Below, piece after piece: positions 1 to 9,418 of a stretch of DNA of 32,000 nucleotides. The number at the start of each line of letters is the position of its first letter. Position 1 is the stretch's first letter. This DNA comes from Candidatus Johnevansia muelleri (lineage in GTDB: Bacteria; Pseudomonadota; Gammaproteobacteria; Johnevansiales; Johnevansiaceae). The stretch is taken from assembly GCA_000953435.1 (NCBI GenBank), contig LM655252.1, positions 60,001 to 92,000 of the forward strand, given 5' to 3'. The translations under genes were made by a program, and so were the position numbers. A model generated the notes under the pieces. It did no database searches. It was not told where the DNA came from and saw nothing but the letters and a program-made list of their open reading frames with translations.

Positions 1-894
1 ATTTGGTTAGCACACCATAGAGATGATCAATCAGAAACATTTATTATGAGGTTAATGCGTAGAGCTGGAGTAAAAGGTTTAACAGGAATTCCGCATATAA
101 GATCGCTGGGGAAGGGCAAACTTATGCGTCCTTTACTAGGAGTTACAGGTGAAGTTATAAATGCTTATGCATTAAAATATAATTTAAATTGGATTGATGA
201 TATTAGCAATTTATATATTAATTTTGATCGTAATTATGTTAGACATAATATTATACCATATATTAAAATACGGTGGCCTGATGCAATAGAATCGTTAGCA
301 TTATGTGTTGATTATTTAAAAGAATCAGATAATTTATTGAATTGTTTTGCTAAAGATATGCTGCAGGCAATTAGTAATAATCATTCAATAATTCCAATAG
401 ATAAAATTATTATTATTGAAAATGCTAGGTTAAAATTGTTAATTCGTTATTGTTTATTATGTTTAAAATTTCCTATGCCCCCTAAAAAAAGATTGGATAC
501 ATTAATTAATCAAATTAAAAAAACTAATGGATCAATGTTTTGTATTAGATGGGAAAATGTAGAAGCACGTTGTTGGCGAAGAATTTTTTTTATATTGTAT
601 ACAAAAAAAAAATCATTATCAATTTTTTATATAAATTTAATTAAATTACAATCTTCATTTTTAAAAAAAATGGATTTATCGTTATTAACTATTATACACA
701 TAAAATGTAGTGAATTTTTTTTTATAAATGGTCATAAACGTAATATAAAAAAAATTTTACAATTTGCAAATATCCCTATTTGGGAACGTAATTCAATTAT
801 GCTTTTATTTATAATAAATGAATTAATAGCAATTATAGGAATCAATTTTATTTTTGTATCTGATAATTGTAATTTAAAAAAGTTAATTATTTAG
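1..894 (+). CDS. tilS: tRNA(Ile)-lysidine synthase, C-terminal ~298 codons (5' end lies left of the window)
   Basis: Frame 1 is open from nt 1. Translation starts IWLAHHRDDQSETFIMRLMRRAGVKGL, the HHxDDQxET...RGxG.xGL block of TilS. The tail GHKRNIKKILQFANIPIWERNSIMLLF matches the TilS C-terminal domain. TAG stop at 892-894. Confidence 0.85.
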   Translation: MWLAHHRDDQSETFIMRLMRRAGVKGLTGIPHIRSLGKGKLMRPLLGVTGEVINAYALKYNLNWIDDISNLYINFDRNYVRHNIIPYIKIRWPDAIESLALCVDYLKESDNLLNCFAKDMLQAISNNHSIIPIDKIIIIENARLKLLIRYCLLCLKFPMPPKKRLDTLINQIKKTNGSMFCIRWENVEARCWRRIFFILYTKKKSLSIFYINLIKLQSSFLKKMDLSLLTIIHIKCSEFFFINGHKRNIKKILQFANIPIWERNSIMLLFIINELIAIIGINFIFVSDNCNLKKLII

Positions 895-1243
895 CAAAAT
901 TTAAACATACTCTAGATGCTTTTTCTTCTAGACCTGATATACCTAAACGCTTAGCTAGTTCATCAAGTACTTCTTGATGTGATATATAAAAATGAGATAA
1001 CATTACTAGAGAATGAAACCAAAGATCTGCTGTTTCTTTTATTATTTCTACTTTAGTTTTATTTTCTTCTTTTTTATTTATACTAATATCTTTAGCTGCA
1101 ATAATTAATTCTGTAGTTTCTTCTCCTATTTTTTCTAAAATTTTATTTATACCTTTACAATGTAGATTTCCTACATAGGAAATTTCAGGTGCAGCATAAC
1201 GACGTTCTTCTAATATAAAATATAGTTTTTTCAATATATTCAT
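887..1243 (-). CDS. hisE: phosphoribosyl-ATP pyrophosphohydrolase (stand-alone HisE)
   Basis: 118 aa. SYVGNL..KGINKILEKIGEETTELIIAAKD and ADLWFHSLVMLSHF..EVLDELAKR..SGLEEKASR are colinear with the HisE/PRA-PH family. The 3' end overlaps the tilS stop by 8 nt. Confidence 0.8.
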   Translation of the reverse strand: MNILKKLYFILEERRYAAPEISYVGNLHCKGINKILEKIGEETTELIIAAKDISINKKEENKTKVEIIKETADLWFHSLVMLSHFYISHQEVLDELAKRLGISGLEEKASRVCLNFAK

Positions 1244-1297
1244 AAATATAAAACCTAAAAAATGTATATAGTTAATTATAAATTTAAGATATAATTT

Positions 1298-1492
1298 ATG
1301 AAAGCATTAATTCACCCTAATTATAAAATTGTAACTGCTATATGTTCATGTAGTGCTAAATTCAAAGTAAGTACTACTAAAAAAATTTATATTGATGTTT
1401 GTTCACAATGTCATTCATTTTATACTGGAAAAAATAAAAAAGCTAATATTGGTGGTAGAATTGAACGATTTAATAAAAAATTTAAATATTAA
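1298..1492 (+). CDS. rpmE: 50S ribosomal protein L31 (zinc-ribbon type)
   Basis: 64 aa. MKALIHPNY start, CSCS...CSQCH cysteine pairs, then FYTGK and GRIERFNKKF, typical of L31 type A. Confidence 0.9.
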   Translation: MKALIHPNYKIVTAICSCSAKFKVSTTKKIYIDVCSQCHSFYTGKNKKANIGGRIERFNKKFKY

Positions 1493-1510
1493 TAAATTGG
1501 TTATTTACTA

Positions 1511-2050
1511 ATGTTTAATTTTAAAAATATTTTTTTAATTGGTCCTATGGGGAGTGGAAAAAGTACTATAGGTAAATTAATAAAAATTGATTTACAAATT
1601 CCATTTTATGATAGTGATAATGAAATTGAACAACGTTGTGGATTTGATATTAAATTTATTTTCAATGTAGAAGGAGAAGAATGCTTTAGATTTAGAGAAG
1701 CACAAGTAATAAAATTTATTTCCAATAAAAAAGGTGTTATTATAGCAACAGGAGGAGGAACTATTACGCATCATGATAATATAATTTTATTACGTAAAGG
1801 TATAGTAATTTTTTTGTCAGTATCTGTTGAATTACAATTTAAACGTATTCATAATAATACTAATAACCGACCACTTTTACAATGTAAAAATCCAAAAAAA
1901 AAGCTTCAAGAACTATACTTAATTCGTGAAAAAATTTACAGTGCTAATGCATATATAATTGTTAGTACTGAATTTAACTTATACACAGTTGTTAACAATA
2001 TAAATAATAACCTTTTTATTTATAAAAATGAAAAATTAAAGCTTTATTAA
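1511..2050 (+). CDS. aroK: shikimate kinase
   Basis: 179 aa. Walker A IFLIGPMGSGKSTIGK, DSD and GGG motifs. Sits directly upstream of aroB, the conserved aroK-aroB pairing. Confidence 0.9.
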   Translation: MFNFKNIFLIGPMGSGKSTIGKLIKIDLQIPFYDSDNEIEQRCGFDIKFIFNVEGEECFRFREAQVIKFISNKKGVIIATGGGTITHHDNIILLRKGIVIFLSVSVELQFKRIHNNTNNRPLLQCKNPKKKLQELYLIREKIYSANAYIIVSTEFNLYTVVNNINNNLFIYKNEKLKLY

Positions 2051-2066
2051 AGGATATATTTTATTT

Positions 2067-3149
2067 ATGCAAAAAAATATTATGGTAGAGCTTGGTAATC
2101 GTAGTTACCCAATTTACATTGGGCCGGACTTAATATATAAAGGTTATATTTATACTCCTTATATTTCAGGTGATAAAGTACTTATCGTTACTAATAAATT
2201 AATTGCTTATTATTATTTAGAGCGTCTTAAAAATCAGCTACGTGAATTTGATGTATATGAATTAATTTTACAAGAAGGTGAAAGTACAAAACATATAGCA
2301 ACAGTAGAAAAAATTTGGTCTATACTTTTAATTTATAAATTTAATAGGAGTTCTACAATTATTGCACTAGGTGGGGGAGTAATAGGAGATATATCTGGCT
2401 TTGCTGCTGCTAGTTATCAGCGTGGTATTACATTTATTCAAATGCCTACTACTTTACTTGCACAGGTTGATTCATCTGTAGGAGGAAAAACTGGTGTTAA
2501 CCATTTTTTAGGTAAAAATATGATTGGTGCTTTTTGGCAACCATCATTAGTGATTATTGATACACAAACACTCAATACATTATCACATCGCGATATATCT
2601 GCTGGAATTGCTGAAGTTATAAAGTATGGTTTAATACATGACATAGCATTTTTTAATTGGCTTGAAATTAATATGCAACATATAAGAGCACTAAATTTAT
2701 ATGAATTAAATTATATTATTTTAAAAAGTTGTACTATTAAATCGAAGATAATTTCAGAAGATGAAACTGAAAAAGGAAAAAGAGCTCTATTAAATTTTGG
2801 ACATACTTTTGGTCATGCAATTGAAAATGATCAAGGATATGGTAATTGGTTACATGGTGAAGCTATTTCAGTTGGTATGATAATGTCTGCTAAAATATCA
2901 CATGCACGTGGTATTATTTCTGATGCTGATATAAATCGTATTTATGATATAATAATTAGTGCTGGTTTACCTATTTATCCACCTTTAGGTATGATGACTA
3001 ATAAATTTATTTATATTATGCGAATTGATAAAAAAGTGTTATATGGTAATAAATTACGGGTTATATTACTTAAAAAAATAGGTAATGCTATTATTGATGT
3101 TAACATTTCTGAAAATTTATTATATAATTTGATAAAAAATAATATATAA
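2067..3149 (+). CDS. aroB: 3-dehydroquinate synthase
   Basis: 360 aa. ALGGGVIGDISGFAAASYQRGI..FIQMPTTLLAQVDSSVGGKTGVN and NFGHTFGHAIE..HGEAISVGM are diagnostic AroB blocks. The start could also be the ATG at codon 6. Confidence 0.95.
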   Translation: MQKNIMVELGNRSYPIYIGPDLIYKGYIYTPYISGDKVLIVTNKLIAYYYLERLKNQLREFDVYELILQEGESTKHIATVEKIWSILLIYKFNRSSTIIALGGGVIGDISGFAAASYQRGITFIQMPTTLLAQVDSSVGGKTGVNHFLGKNMIGAFWQPSLVIIDTQTLNTLSHRDISAGIAEVIKYGLIHDIAFFNWLEINMQHIRALNLYELNYIILKSCTIKSKIISEDETEKGKRALLNFGHTFGHAIENDQGYGNWLHGEAISVGMIMSAKISHARGIISDADINRIYDIIISAGLPIYPPLGMMTNKFIYIMRIDKKVLYGNKLRVILLKKIGNAIIDVNISENLLYNLIKNNI

Positions 3150-3168
3150 ATAATATTTATTATAAAAA

Positions 3169-4188
3169 TTATTTTACTTTTATTATCCAGTCTTTTGGTG
3201 CTTCAATATCTCCATATTGTATTCCACAAAGCTCTTTGTAAAGTCGCTTTGTTATTGGACCAACTTCTGTTTCACTATAGAAAATATGAAAAATATTTCC
3301 TGTTTTTATTCCTCCTATTGGGGTAATTACTGCTGCCGTACCACAAGCCCCTGCTTCTTTGTAATAGTTAAGTTTATTAATGTAAATATCACATTCTTCG
3401 ACTTTTAAATGCAAACGCTCTTTTGCTATATATAATAGTGAATATTTAGTAATACTTGGTAATATTGATGGTGATTTAGGAGTAACAAAGCAATTATCAT
3501 AATTTATAGCAAAAAAGTTAGCTGATCCCACTTCTTCAATTTTAGTATGAGTTTTAGGATCTAGATAAATACAATCTCCAAAATTTGATATTTTAGCCTT
3601 TTCTCCTGGTAATAAACTATTAGCATAATTCCCACCAACCTTAAAAGCACCAGTTCCATTAGTAGCAGCTCTGTCATATTCAGAAACAATAAAATTAGTA
3701 GGTGTCAGCCCACTTTTAAAATAAGAACCTACTGGTACACAAAATACAGAAAATATAAATTCAGGTGCAGAACGTATACCAATATTATCTCCTACCCCAA
3801 TAATATAAGGACGTAAATATAAAGCCCCTCTAGTTCCATAAGGTGGAATATAGTGCTCATTAGCTATTACTATTTGCTTACATGCTTCAATGAATTTTTT
3901 ACAATTAATTTTAGGCATTAATAATCTAGAGCAGCTTCGCTGCATGCGAATAGCATTTTGATCTGGACGAAATAAATTAATAGATCCATCTCGGCAACGA
4001 TAGGCTTTTAGCCCTTCAAAACACTGTTGTGCATAATGTAAAGCAGTTGATCCTTCACTAATATATAATTTATTATCTTCTATTAATTTTCCATCATCCC
4101 ACTTATTATTTTTATAATAAGAAATATAACGCCAGTCAGTTTTAATGTAACTGAACCCTAAACTATTCCAGTTAATTTGATTTTTCAT
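3169..4188 (-). CDS. ilvE: branched-chain amino acid aminotransferase (long, ~340 aa class IV form)
   Basis: 339 aa. QQCFEGLKAYR, LRPYIIG, GAFKVGGNYANSLL and ACGTAAVITPI blocks of fold-type IV PLP aminotransferases. Confidence 0.9.
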   Translation of the reverse strand: MKNQINWNSLGFSYIKTDWRYISYYKNNKWDDGKLIEDNKLYISEGSTALHYAQQCFEGLKAYRCRDGSINLFRPDQNAIRMQRSCSRLLMPKINCKKFIEACKQIVIANEHYIPPYGTRGALYLRPYIIGVGDNIGIRSAPEFIFSVFCVPVGSYFKSGLTPTNFIVSEYDRAATNGTGAFKVGGNYANSLLPGEKAKISNFGDCIYLDPKTHTKIEEVGSANFFAINYDNCFVTPKSPSILPSITKYSLLYIAKERLHLKVEECDIYINKLNYYKEAGACGTAAVITPIGGIKTGNIFHIFYSETEVGPITKRLYKELCGIQYGDIEAPKDWIIKVK

Positions 4189-4223
4189 TTAAATTAATCC
4201 TTAAATTTTATTAATTTAAATAT

Positions 4224-5819
4224 ATGTATTATAAAATATTTAAATTAATTAATAAAACTAAATTACTTACTCCTTTTAATTATAAATATTTTTTTATAAT
4301 TTGGATTGCAAATTTATTTGCTAATATTGGTATGTGGGCTCAATCAGTAGCGTCAGCATGGATTGTAACAACATATCATGCTAGTCCATTTATAGTTGCT
4401 ATGATTCAAGTTTCAACAGCTATGCCATTAGTAATTTTTTCTATTATTTCTGGAGTATTAGCAGATAATTACGATAGACGTAATTTAATGTTAATTAGCA
4501 TTACTATAGAATGTCTAGTTAATATATTAATTACAATAATGTCTTTTTTAAACTGTATTACACCATATTTTTTACTTGTTTCAATACTAGGTGTATCTAT
4601 GGGGGCATCTTTTACAGTGCCTGCTTGGCAATCTGCTGTTAATGAACAAGTTCCCCCATCTAAATTGAGTTATGCAGTATTACTTAATGGAGTTAATTAT
4701 AATGTAGCGCGTGCCATAGGTCCAGCTTTAGGTGGTATTATGATCAATTACATAGGACCATCTTACGTTTTTTTATTTAATTTTTTTTGTTATATAGGTA
4801 TTATTTTTTCATTATGGCAATGGCGACGTGATATTAATAAAAATAACGTAGAACCTGAACGTATTTTTGAAGGAATTATTACAGCGTTAAAATTTATTAA
4901 GCATTCTAGTGTAATTCGTTACATAATGATACGTTCTTTTTATTTTAGTTTCTCTGCTAGTACAATTTTTGCACTGTTGCCTTTAATTGCACATCACCAT
5001 AATAACAATGTTTATGGTTATATGCTTGGTGCTTTAGGTTTAGGTGCTATATTAGGAAGTATATTTGTTTATAAATTACGTAAATTAATGGGTGTAAGTG
5101 GTCTTATAAGTTTTTCATCATTAATAATAAGTTTAATATTATTAACAATTGGATATTATAATAATATATGTTTATTATTTATTATAATTATTTTAATTGG
5201 TATTTTTTGGATGGCAGTTATAGCAAGTTGTAATTCATCTATTCATATATTAATACCTTATTGGATAAAAGCGAGAGCTTTAGCCTTATATCAAACAGCA
5301 CTCTATGCTGGAATAGCATTCGGGTCATTGCTTTGGGGTAGGTTAGCTGATATAATAGATATTAATTGTACATTTATATTATCAGGAATATTATTAATTT
5401 TAATATCAATAATGCTTATTAATACACAATTACCAGAATTTTCTTCTAATAAGTTTTGTAGAAATGATGATGCATATATAGATTTTTATAAACCAAGTTT
5501 TATTTTTAATCATGAGCGTGGGGGATCAATAATTGTTTCAATAGAATACCAAATTAAAGATAAAGATATACTAGAATTTATAAATACAGTGCAGCTAATA
5601 CGTAAATTGCGATTAAGAAATGGGGCTTATATTTGGTATATTTATAGAGATATTAAAAAGAAAGAAATATGGAAAGAAATTTATTTAGTTAAAAATTGGC
5701 TGCAACATAAACGTATGTTAGATAGATTAACAATTTATGATAAATTAATTTTAAATAAACTTATTAATTTACTTAATAATCCACCAATAATGAAACATGG
5801 TGTTATATTTAATAATTAA
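4224..5819 (+). CDS. MFS transporter of the MFS_3/EntS-like type with a ~128 aa soluble C-terminal extension
   Basis: 531 aa. About 12 hydrophobic segments, an N-terminal F.IIWIANLFANIGMWAQSVASAWIV pattern and a D-RRNLM loop motif. Residues ~404-531 are hydrophilic. Substrate cannot be inferred. Confidence 0.7.
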   Translation: MYYKIFKLINKTKLLTPFNYKYFFIIWIANLFANIGMWAQSVASAWIVTTYHASPFIVAMIQVSTAMPLVIFSIISGVLADNYDRRNLMLISITIECLVNILITIMSFLNCITPYFLLVSILGVSMGASFTVPAWQSAVNEQVPPSKLSYAVLLNGVNYNVARAIGPALGGIMINYIGPSYVFLFNFFCYIGIIFSLWQWRRDINKNNVEPERIFEGIITALKFIKHSSVIRYIMIRSFYFSFSASTIFALLPLIAHHHNNNVYGYMLGALGLGAILGSIFVYKLRKLMGVSGLISFSSLIISLILLTIGYYNNICLLFIIIILIGIFWMAVIASCNSSIHILIPYWIKARALALYQTALYAGIAFGSLLWGRLADIIDINCTFILSGILLILISIMLINTQLPEFSSNKFCRNDDAYIDFYKPSFIFNHERGGSIIVSIEYQIKDKDILEFINTVQLIRKLRLRNGAYIWYIYRDIKKKEIWKEIYLVKNWLQHKRMLDRLTIYDKLILNKLINLLNNPPIMKHGVIFNN

Positions 5820-5839
5820 AATAATATCAGAATTTAATA

Positions 5840-7243
5840 CTAAGTTTTATTTCCTAATTTACGTAAGTCTTTACCACTCATTAAATTTTTTTCTATTTGT
5901 TCTAGTGAAACCCCAATAGTTTCAGGTACAAAAAACCTTGTAAATATAATAAATAAAATGTTAAATATAGCTAATATACTGAAAGTTATATCACCACCTA
6001 TATTATTTAATATAGATAAGAAAAAAGTTCCAATCAACATATTAGTAAGCCAATTAGCAATTGTTGAACAACTAATTCCAAAATCTCTACCATTTATTGG
6101 TTGAATTTCAGCACATAATGTCCATATTATAGGTCCAGCAGCCATAGCAAAACCTACGACAAATATTACTAATGAAGCCATAGAAGTATATTTAACAAAT
6201 TCATTATTTTTGGCACCAATATGAAGACTAACTCCTAATATAGCCATCCCAAGTGACATAATTGAAAAACTGGTATAAAGAAGAGCCTTACGACCAATAC
6301 TATCTACAAAAGCAATTGCAATAAATGTGGCTAGTAAATTAACTAATCCAATTATAGCAGTACTCCATAGCTGAGCTGCTGTATCATTAAATCCAGTAAG
6401 TTCAAAAATATGCGGTGCAAAATACATCATAATATTAATACCAGTAAATTGTTGTACGATTTGTAGTGTTATACCTAGAAAAACTGATCTACGAAAATTA
6501 TAGTTACTTTTAAAAAAGTTAAAACCATTTGTTTTAGAGTTTGATGAAATACATTCTTTTATTTCTTTTATTTCATATTCTATTTCATTTTTACTAGAAC
6601 GAATTTTCCAAAGAATTTTACGTGCTTCAAGTAATCTATTTTGATTTATCAACCAACGTGGACTATTAGGCACTATGAGTACTCCAATAAATAATATTAT
6701 TGCAGGAACCATTAAAACACCAAACATACATCTCCAGCTTTTTATATAACTAAATATTAAATTTGATATAAAAGCTATTAAAATACCTATAGTAACCATT
6801 AGTTGATATAATGAAATCATTGTACCTCTAATACATTCTGGTGCTATTTCTGATAAATAAATTGGTGTTGTAAATGAAGCTACTCCCACAGCTAAACCTA
6901 ATATTATACGAGCAATTATTACTATGTTAATATTAACAGCCAAGACAGCAACTAATGAACCTAAAAAAAAAAGCAATGCACTAAGCAATAATGCATTTTT
7001 ACGTCCAAAATTACTAGATATTGAACTTGCTATAATAGCACCAATAGCAGCTCCGAACATCATAGACCCTACTATCCATCCTTCAATTGATGGTGTTAAA
7101 TTAAATTCAATTGTAATAAAACGTAAAGCGCCTGAAATTAAACCAATATCCATACCAAATAATAAACCTGCTAATGCAGCTAAACTACAACTAAGCCATA
7201 CTAAAGGCATTATATCTGTTTTTTTAATATAAAAATATGGCAT
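5840..7243 (-). CDS. MFS sugar-porter family transporter (GalP/XylE/AraE-like proton symporter)
   Basis: 467 aa. LFGMDIGLISGAL, GRKNALL, PNSPRWL and PETIG correspond to the sugar-porter signatures (GRK, PESPRWL, PETKG). The start could also be the ATG at 7210. Sugar specificity unknown. Confidence 0.8.
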   Translation of the reverse strand: MPYFYIKKTDIMPLVWLSCSLAALAGLLFGMDIGLISGALRFITIEFNLTPSIEGWIVGSMMFGAAIGAIIASSISSNFGRKNALLLSALLFFLGSLVAVLAVNINIVIIARIILGLAVGVASFTTPIYLSEIAPECIRGTMISLYQLMVTIGILIAFISNLIFSYIKSWRCMFGVLMVPAIILFIGVLIVPNSPRWLINQNRLLEARKILWKIRSSKNEIEYEIKEIKECISSNSKTNGFNFFKSNYNFRRSVFLGITLQIVQQFTGINIMMYFAPHIFELTGFNDTAAQLWSTAIIGLVNLLATFIAIAFVDSIGRKALLYTSFSIMSLGMAILGVSLHIGAKNNEFVKYTSMASLVIFVVGFAMAAGPIIWTLCAEIQPINGRDFGISCSTIANWLTNMLIGTFFLSILNNIGGDITFSILAIFNILFIIFTRFFVPETIGVSLEQIEKNLMSGKDLRKLGNKT

Positions 7244-7283
7244 ATATTTATAGTCCGATTAAAAAATAATATTAGGAATATAT

Positions 7284-8753
7284 ATGTCTAAATTTTCAGC
7301 AATTAATTTATTATTATTTGGTGCAATGGGTGATCTTGCTTTGCGTAAAATTTATCCAGCGTTATATCATCTGGATCTGGAATGTTTATTAGCAGATAAT
7401 ACACGTATTTTATGTCTTGCCCGTAAAGAAATGTTTATTGATATTTTCAAAATTAAAATAATTGATTCTTTAAAAAAATATGTTGAAAAAAAATATATTT
7501 ATGATAAATACATTACAAAATTTATAAATAAATTTTTTTATATTGAAATTGATTTTTTAAATTTTTTTTATTATAAAAAAATATATATATGGATTAAAGA
7601 AAGAGATGAATTACCTAATATTATTTATCTTTCTGTTCCTTCAAATTTATTTGGTATTATATGTGATAATCTAAATGTTAGTGGTTGTATTAAAAAAGAT
7701 AGTAGGGTGGTTGTTGAAAAACCAATTGGTTCTAATTTTGAAACATCTATAAAAATAAATAATATAATAGGTAAATTTTTTGAAGAAAAAAATATATATC
7801 GTATTGACCATTATTTGGGCAAATATACAGTACAAAATATTTTAGCTCTGCGTTTTGCTAATCCAGTATTTTATAATCAATGGAATCGAAAATATATTTC
7901 TCACGTTGAAATTACTGTAGCCGAATCTGTGGGTATTGAAGGAAGATGGAGTTATTTTGATCACGCAGGACAATTACGAGATATGGTACAAAATCATATA
8001 ATGCAATTATTATGTATCATTACTATGGAACCACCCAGGACTATTGATGCTAATAGTATACGTGATGAAAAAGTTAAAGTACTTAAAGCACTGCGTACTA
8101 TTGAAGGTAAACTTTTATTTAGCAACGTAGTATATGGTCAATATACTAATGGAATTTGTGAAAATAAAAAAGTCCCTGGATATAATGAAGAAAAAGAAGC
8201 TAATATTTTTTCTAAAACTGAAACATTTGTTGCTTTAAAAACAGAAATTTTAAATTGTCGATGGGCAGGTGTACCTTTTTATTTAAGAACAGGTAAACGT
8301 ATGCCTAAAAAGTTATCTCAAATTGTTATTCATTTTCGTAAAAAAGCATACGAAGTTTTTAATACCAATGGAAAATTATATTCAAATAAACTTATAATTA
8401 GACTACAACCCAATGAAGGTATATCATTAGAAATAATAAATAAAGATAGTCTTTTTAGTGAAAAAGGAATAAATTGGTGTGGGTATATGAACATTGACTT
8501 TAATTCAAAATATAATAGAATCCCCGATGCTTATGAAAATCTTTTTCTTGAAATAATAAAAGGAAACCAGTATTTATTTGTTCGCCGTGATGAAGTTGAA
8601 TATTCTTGGCGTTGGATTGATAAAATTATTTATGGATTAAAAAAATGTATTTCACAACCAGAATATTATTCTGCAGGATCATGGGGTCCTAATTCATCAA
8701 TTACAATGATTCATAATAGTGGCCATACATGGGAAGATTGTAGTTTATATTAA
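7284..8753 (+). CDS. zwf: glucose-6-phosphate 1-dehydrogenase
   Basis: 489 aa. N-terminal dinucleotide motif LLFGAMGDLALRK and active-site block YRIDHYLGKYTVQNILALRFAN, then RDMVQNHIMQLL. Confidence 0.95.
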   Translation: MSKFSAINLLLFGAMGDLALRKIYPALYHLDLECLLADNTRILCLARKEMFIDIFKIKIIDSLKKYVEKKYIYDKYITKFINKFFYIEIDFLNFFYYKKIYIWIKERDELPNIIYLSVPSNLFGIICDNLNVSGCIKKDSRVVVEKPIGSNFETSIKINNIIGKFFEEKNIYRIDHYLGKYTVQNILALRFANPVFYNQWNRKYISHVEITVAESVGIEGRWSYFDHAGQLRDMVQNHIMQLLCIITMEPPRTIDANSIRDEKVKVLKALRTIEGKLLFSNVVYGQYTNGICENKKVPGYNEEKEANIFSKTETFVALKTEILNCRWAGVPFYLRTGKRMPKKLSQIVIHFRKKAYEVFNTNGKLYSNKLIIRLQPNEGISLEIINKDSLFSEKGINWCGYMNIDFNSKYNRIPDAYENLFLEIIKGNQYLFVRRDEVEYSWRWIDKIIYGLKKCISQPEYYSAGSWGPNSSITMIHNSGHTWEDCSLY

Positions 8754-9352
8754 TAATCTATACCCTTACGTGCTTTTAATCTATTATTGAAAGCATGTCG
8801 TATTTCATGCATATCAGTAATTATATCTGATATTTCTAATAGTTTACTATGTATATTTCTTCCAGTGATTATGACACTTTGTTCTGGTGGACGATTAATA
8901 ATAGCTGTTTTTACATTATTAACATTTAAATATCCAAATTTAATCATATAGCTTATTTCGTCTAATACTAATAAATAAATTGAGGAATTTATTAGCATAT
9001 TTTTAGCATAATTCCAAGTAAATTCACAAGCATAACGATCAGCATCGTAATTTTGTGTTTCCCAAGTAAAATTTGTTGACATTGTTTTTACTTCTAATTG
9101 TGTATCGTTTTTAAGTTTTTTATATTCACCACATTCCAAACTACCTTTTATAAATTGAACTATACCTACATTATATCCATATCCTAATGCACGTGTTACT
9201 GTCCCCCATGCAGCTGTTGTTTTACCTTTTCCATTACCAGTAAATGATAAAATTAATCCTCGATCAATAGTAGAAAAGTTTATTTTAGCATCAATATGTT
9301 TTTTTAGTTTGTGCATTGATTTTTTATGGCGAATATTGATAAAATTTTCCAT
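8750..9352 (-). CDS. cobO: cob(I)yrinic acid a,c-diamide adenosyltransferase (CobO/BtuR type)
   Basis: 200 aa. P-loop FTGNGKGKTTAAWG, then VGIVQFIKG and LLVLDEI, as in CobO/BtuR. The 3' end overlaps the zwf stop by 4 nt. Confidence 0.85.
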   Translation of the reverse strand: MENFINIRHKKSMHKLKKHIDAKINFSTIDRGLILSFTGNGKGKTTAAWGTVTRALGYGYNVGIVQFIKGSLECGEYKKLKNDTQLEVKTMSTNFTWETQNYDADRYACEFTWNYAKNMLINSSIYLLVLDEISYMIKFGYLNVNNVKTAIINRPPEQSVIITGRNIHSKLLEISDIITDMHEIRHAFNNRLKARKGIDY

Positions 9353-9418
9353 ATTAAATTAATTTATAAAATTATATTTTTATTAATATGAATTTAATAA
9401 TTATATGGATAATGATAT

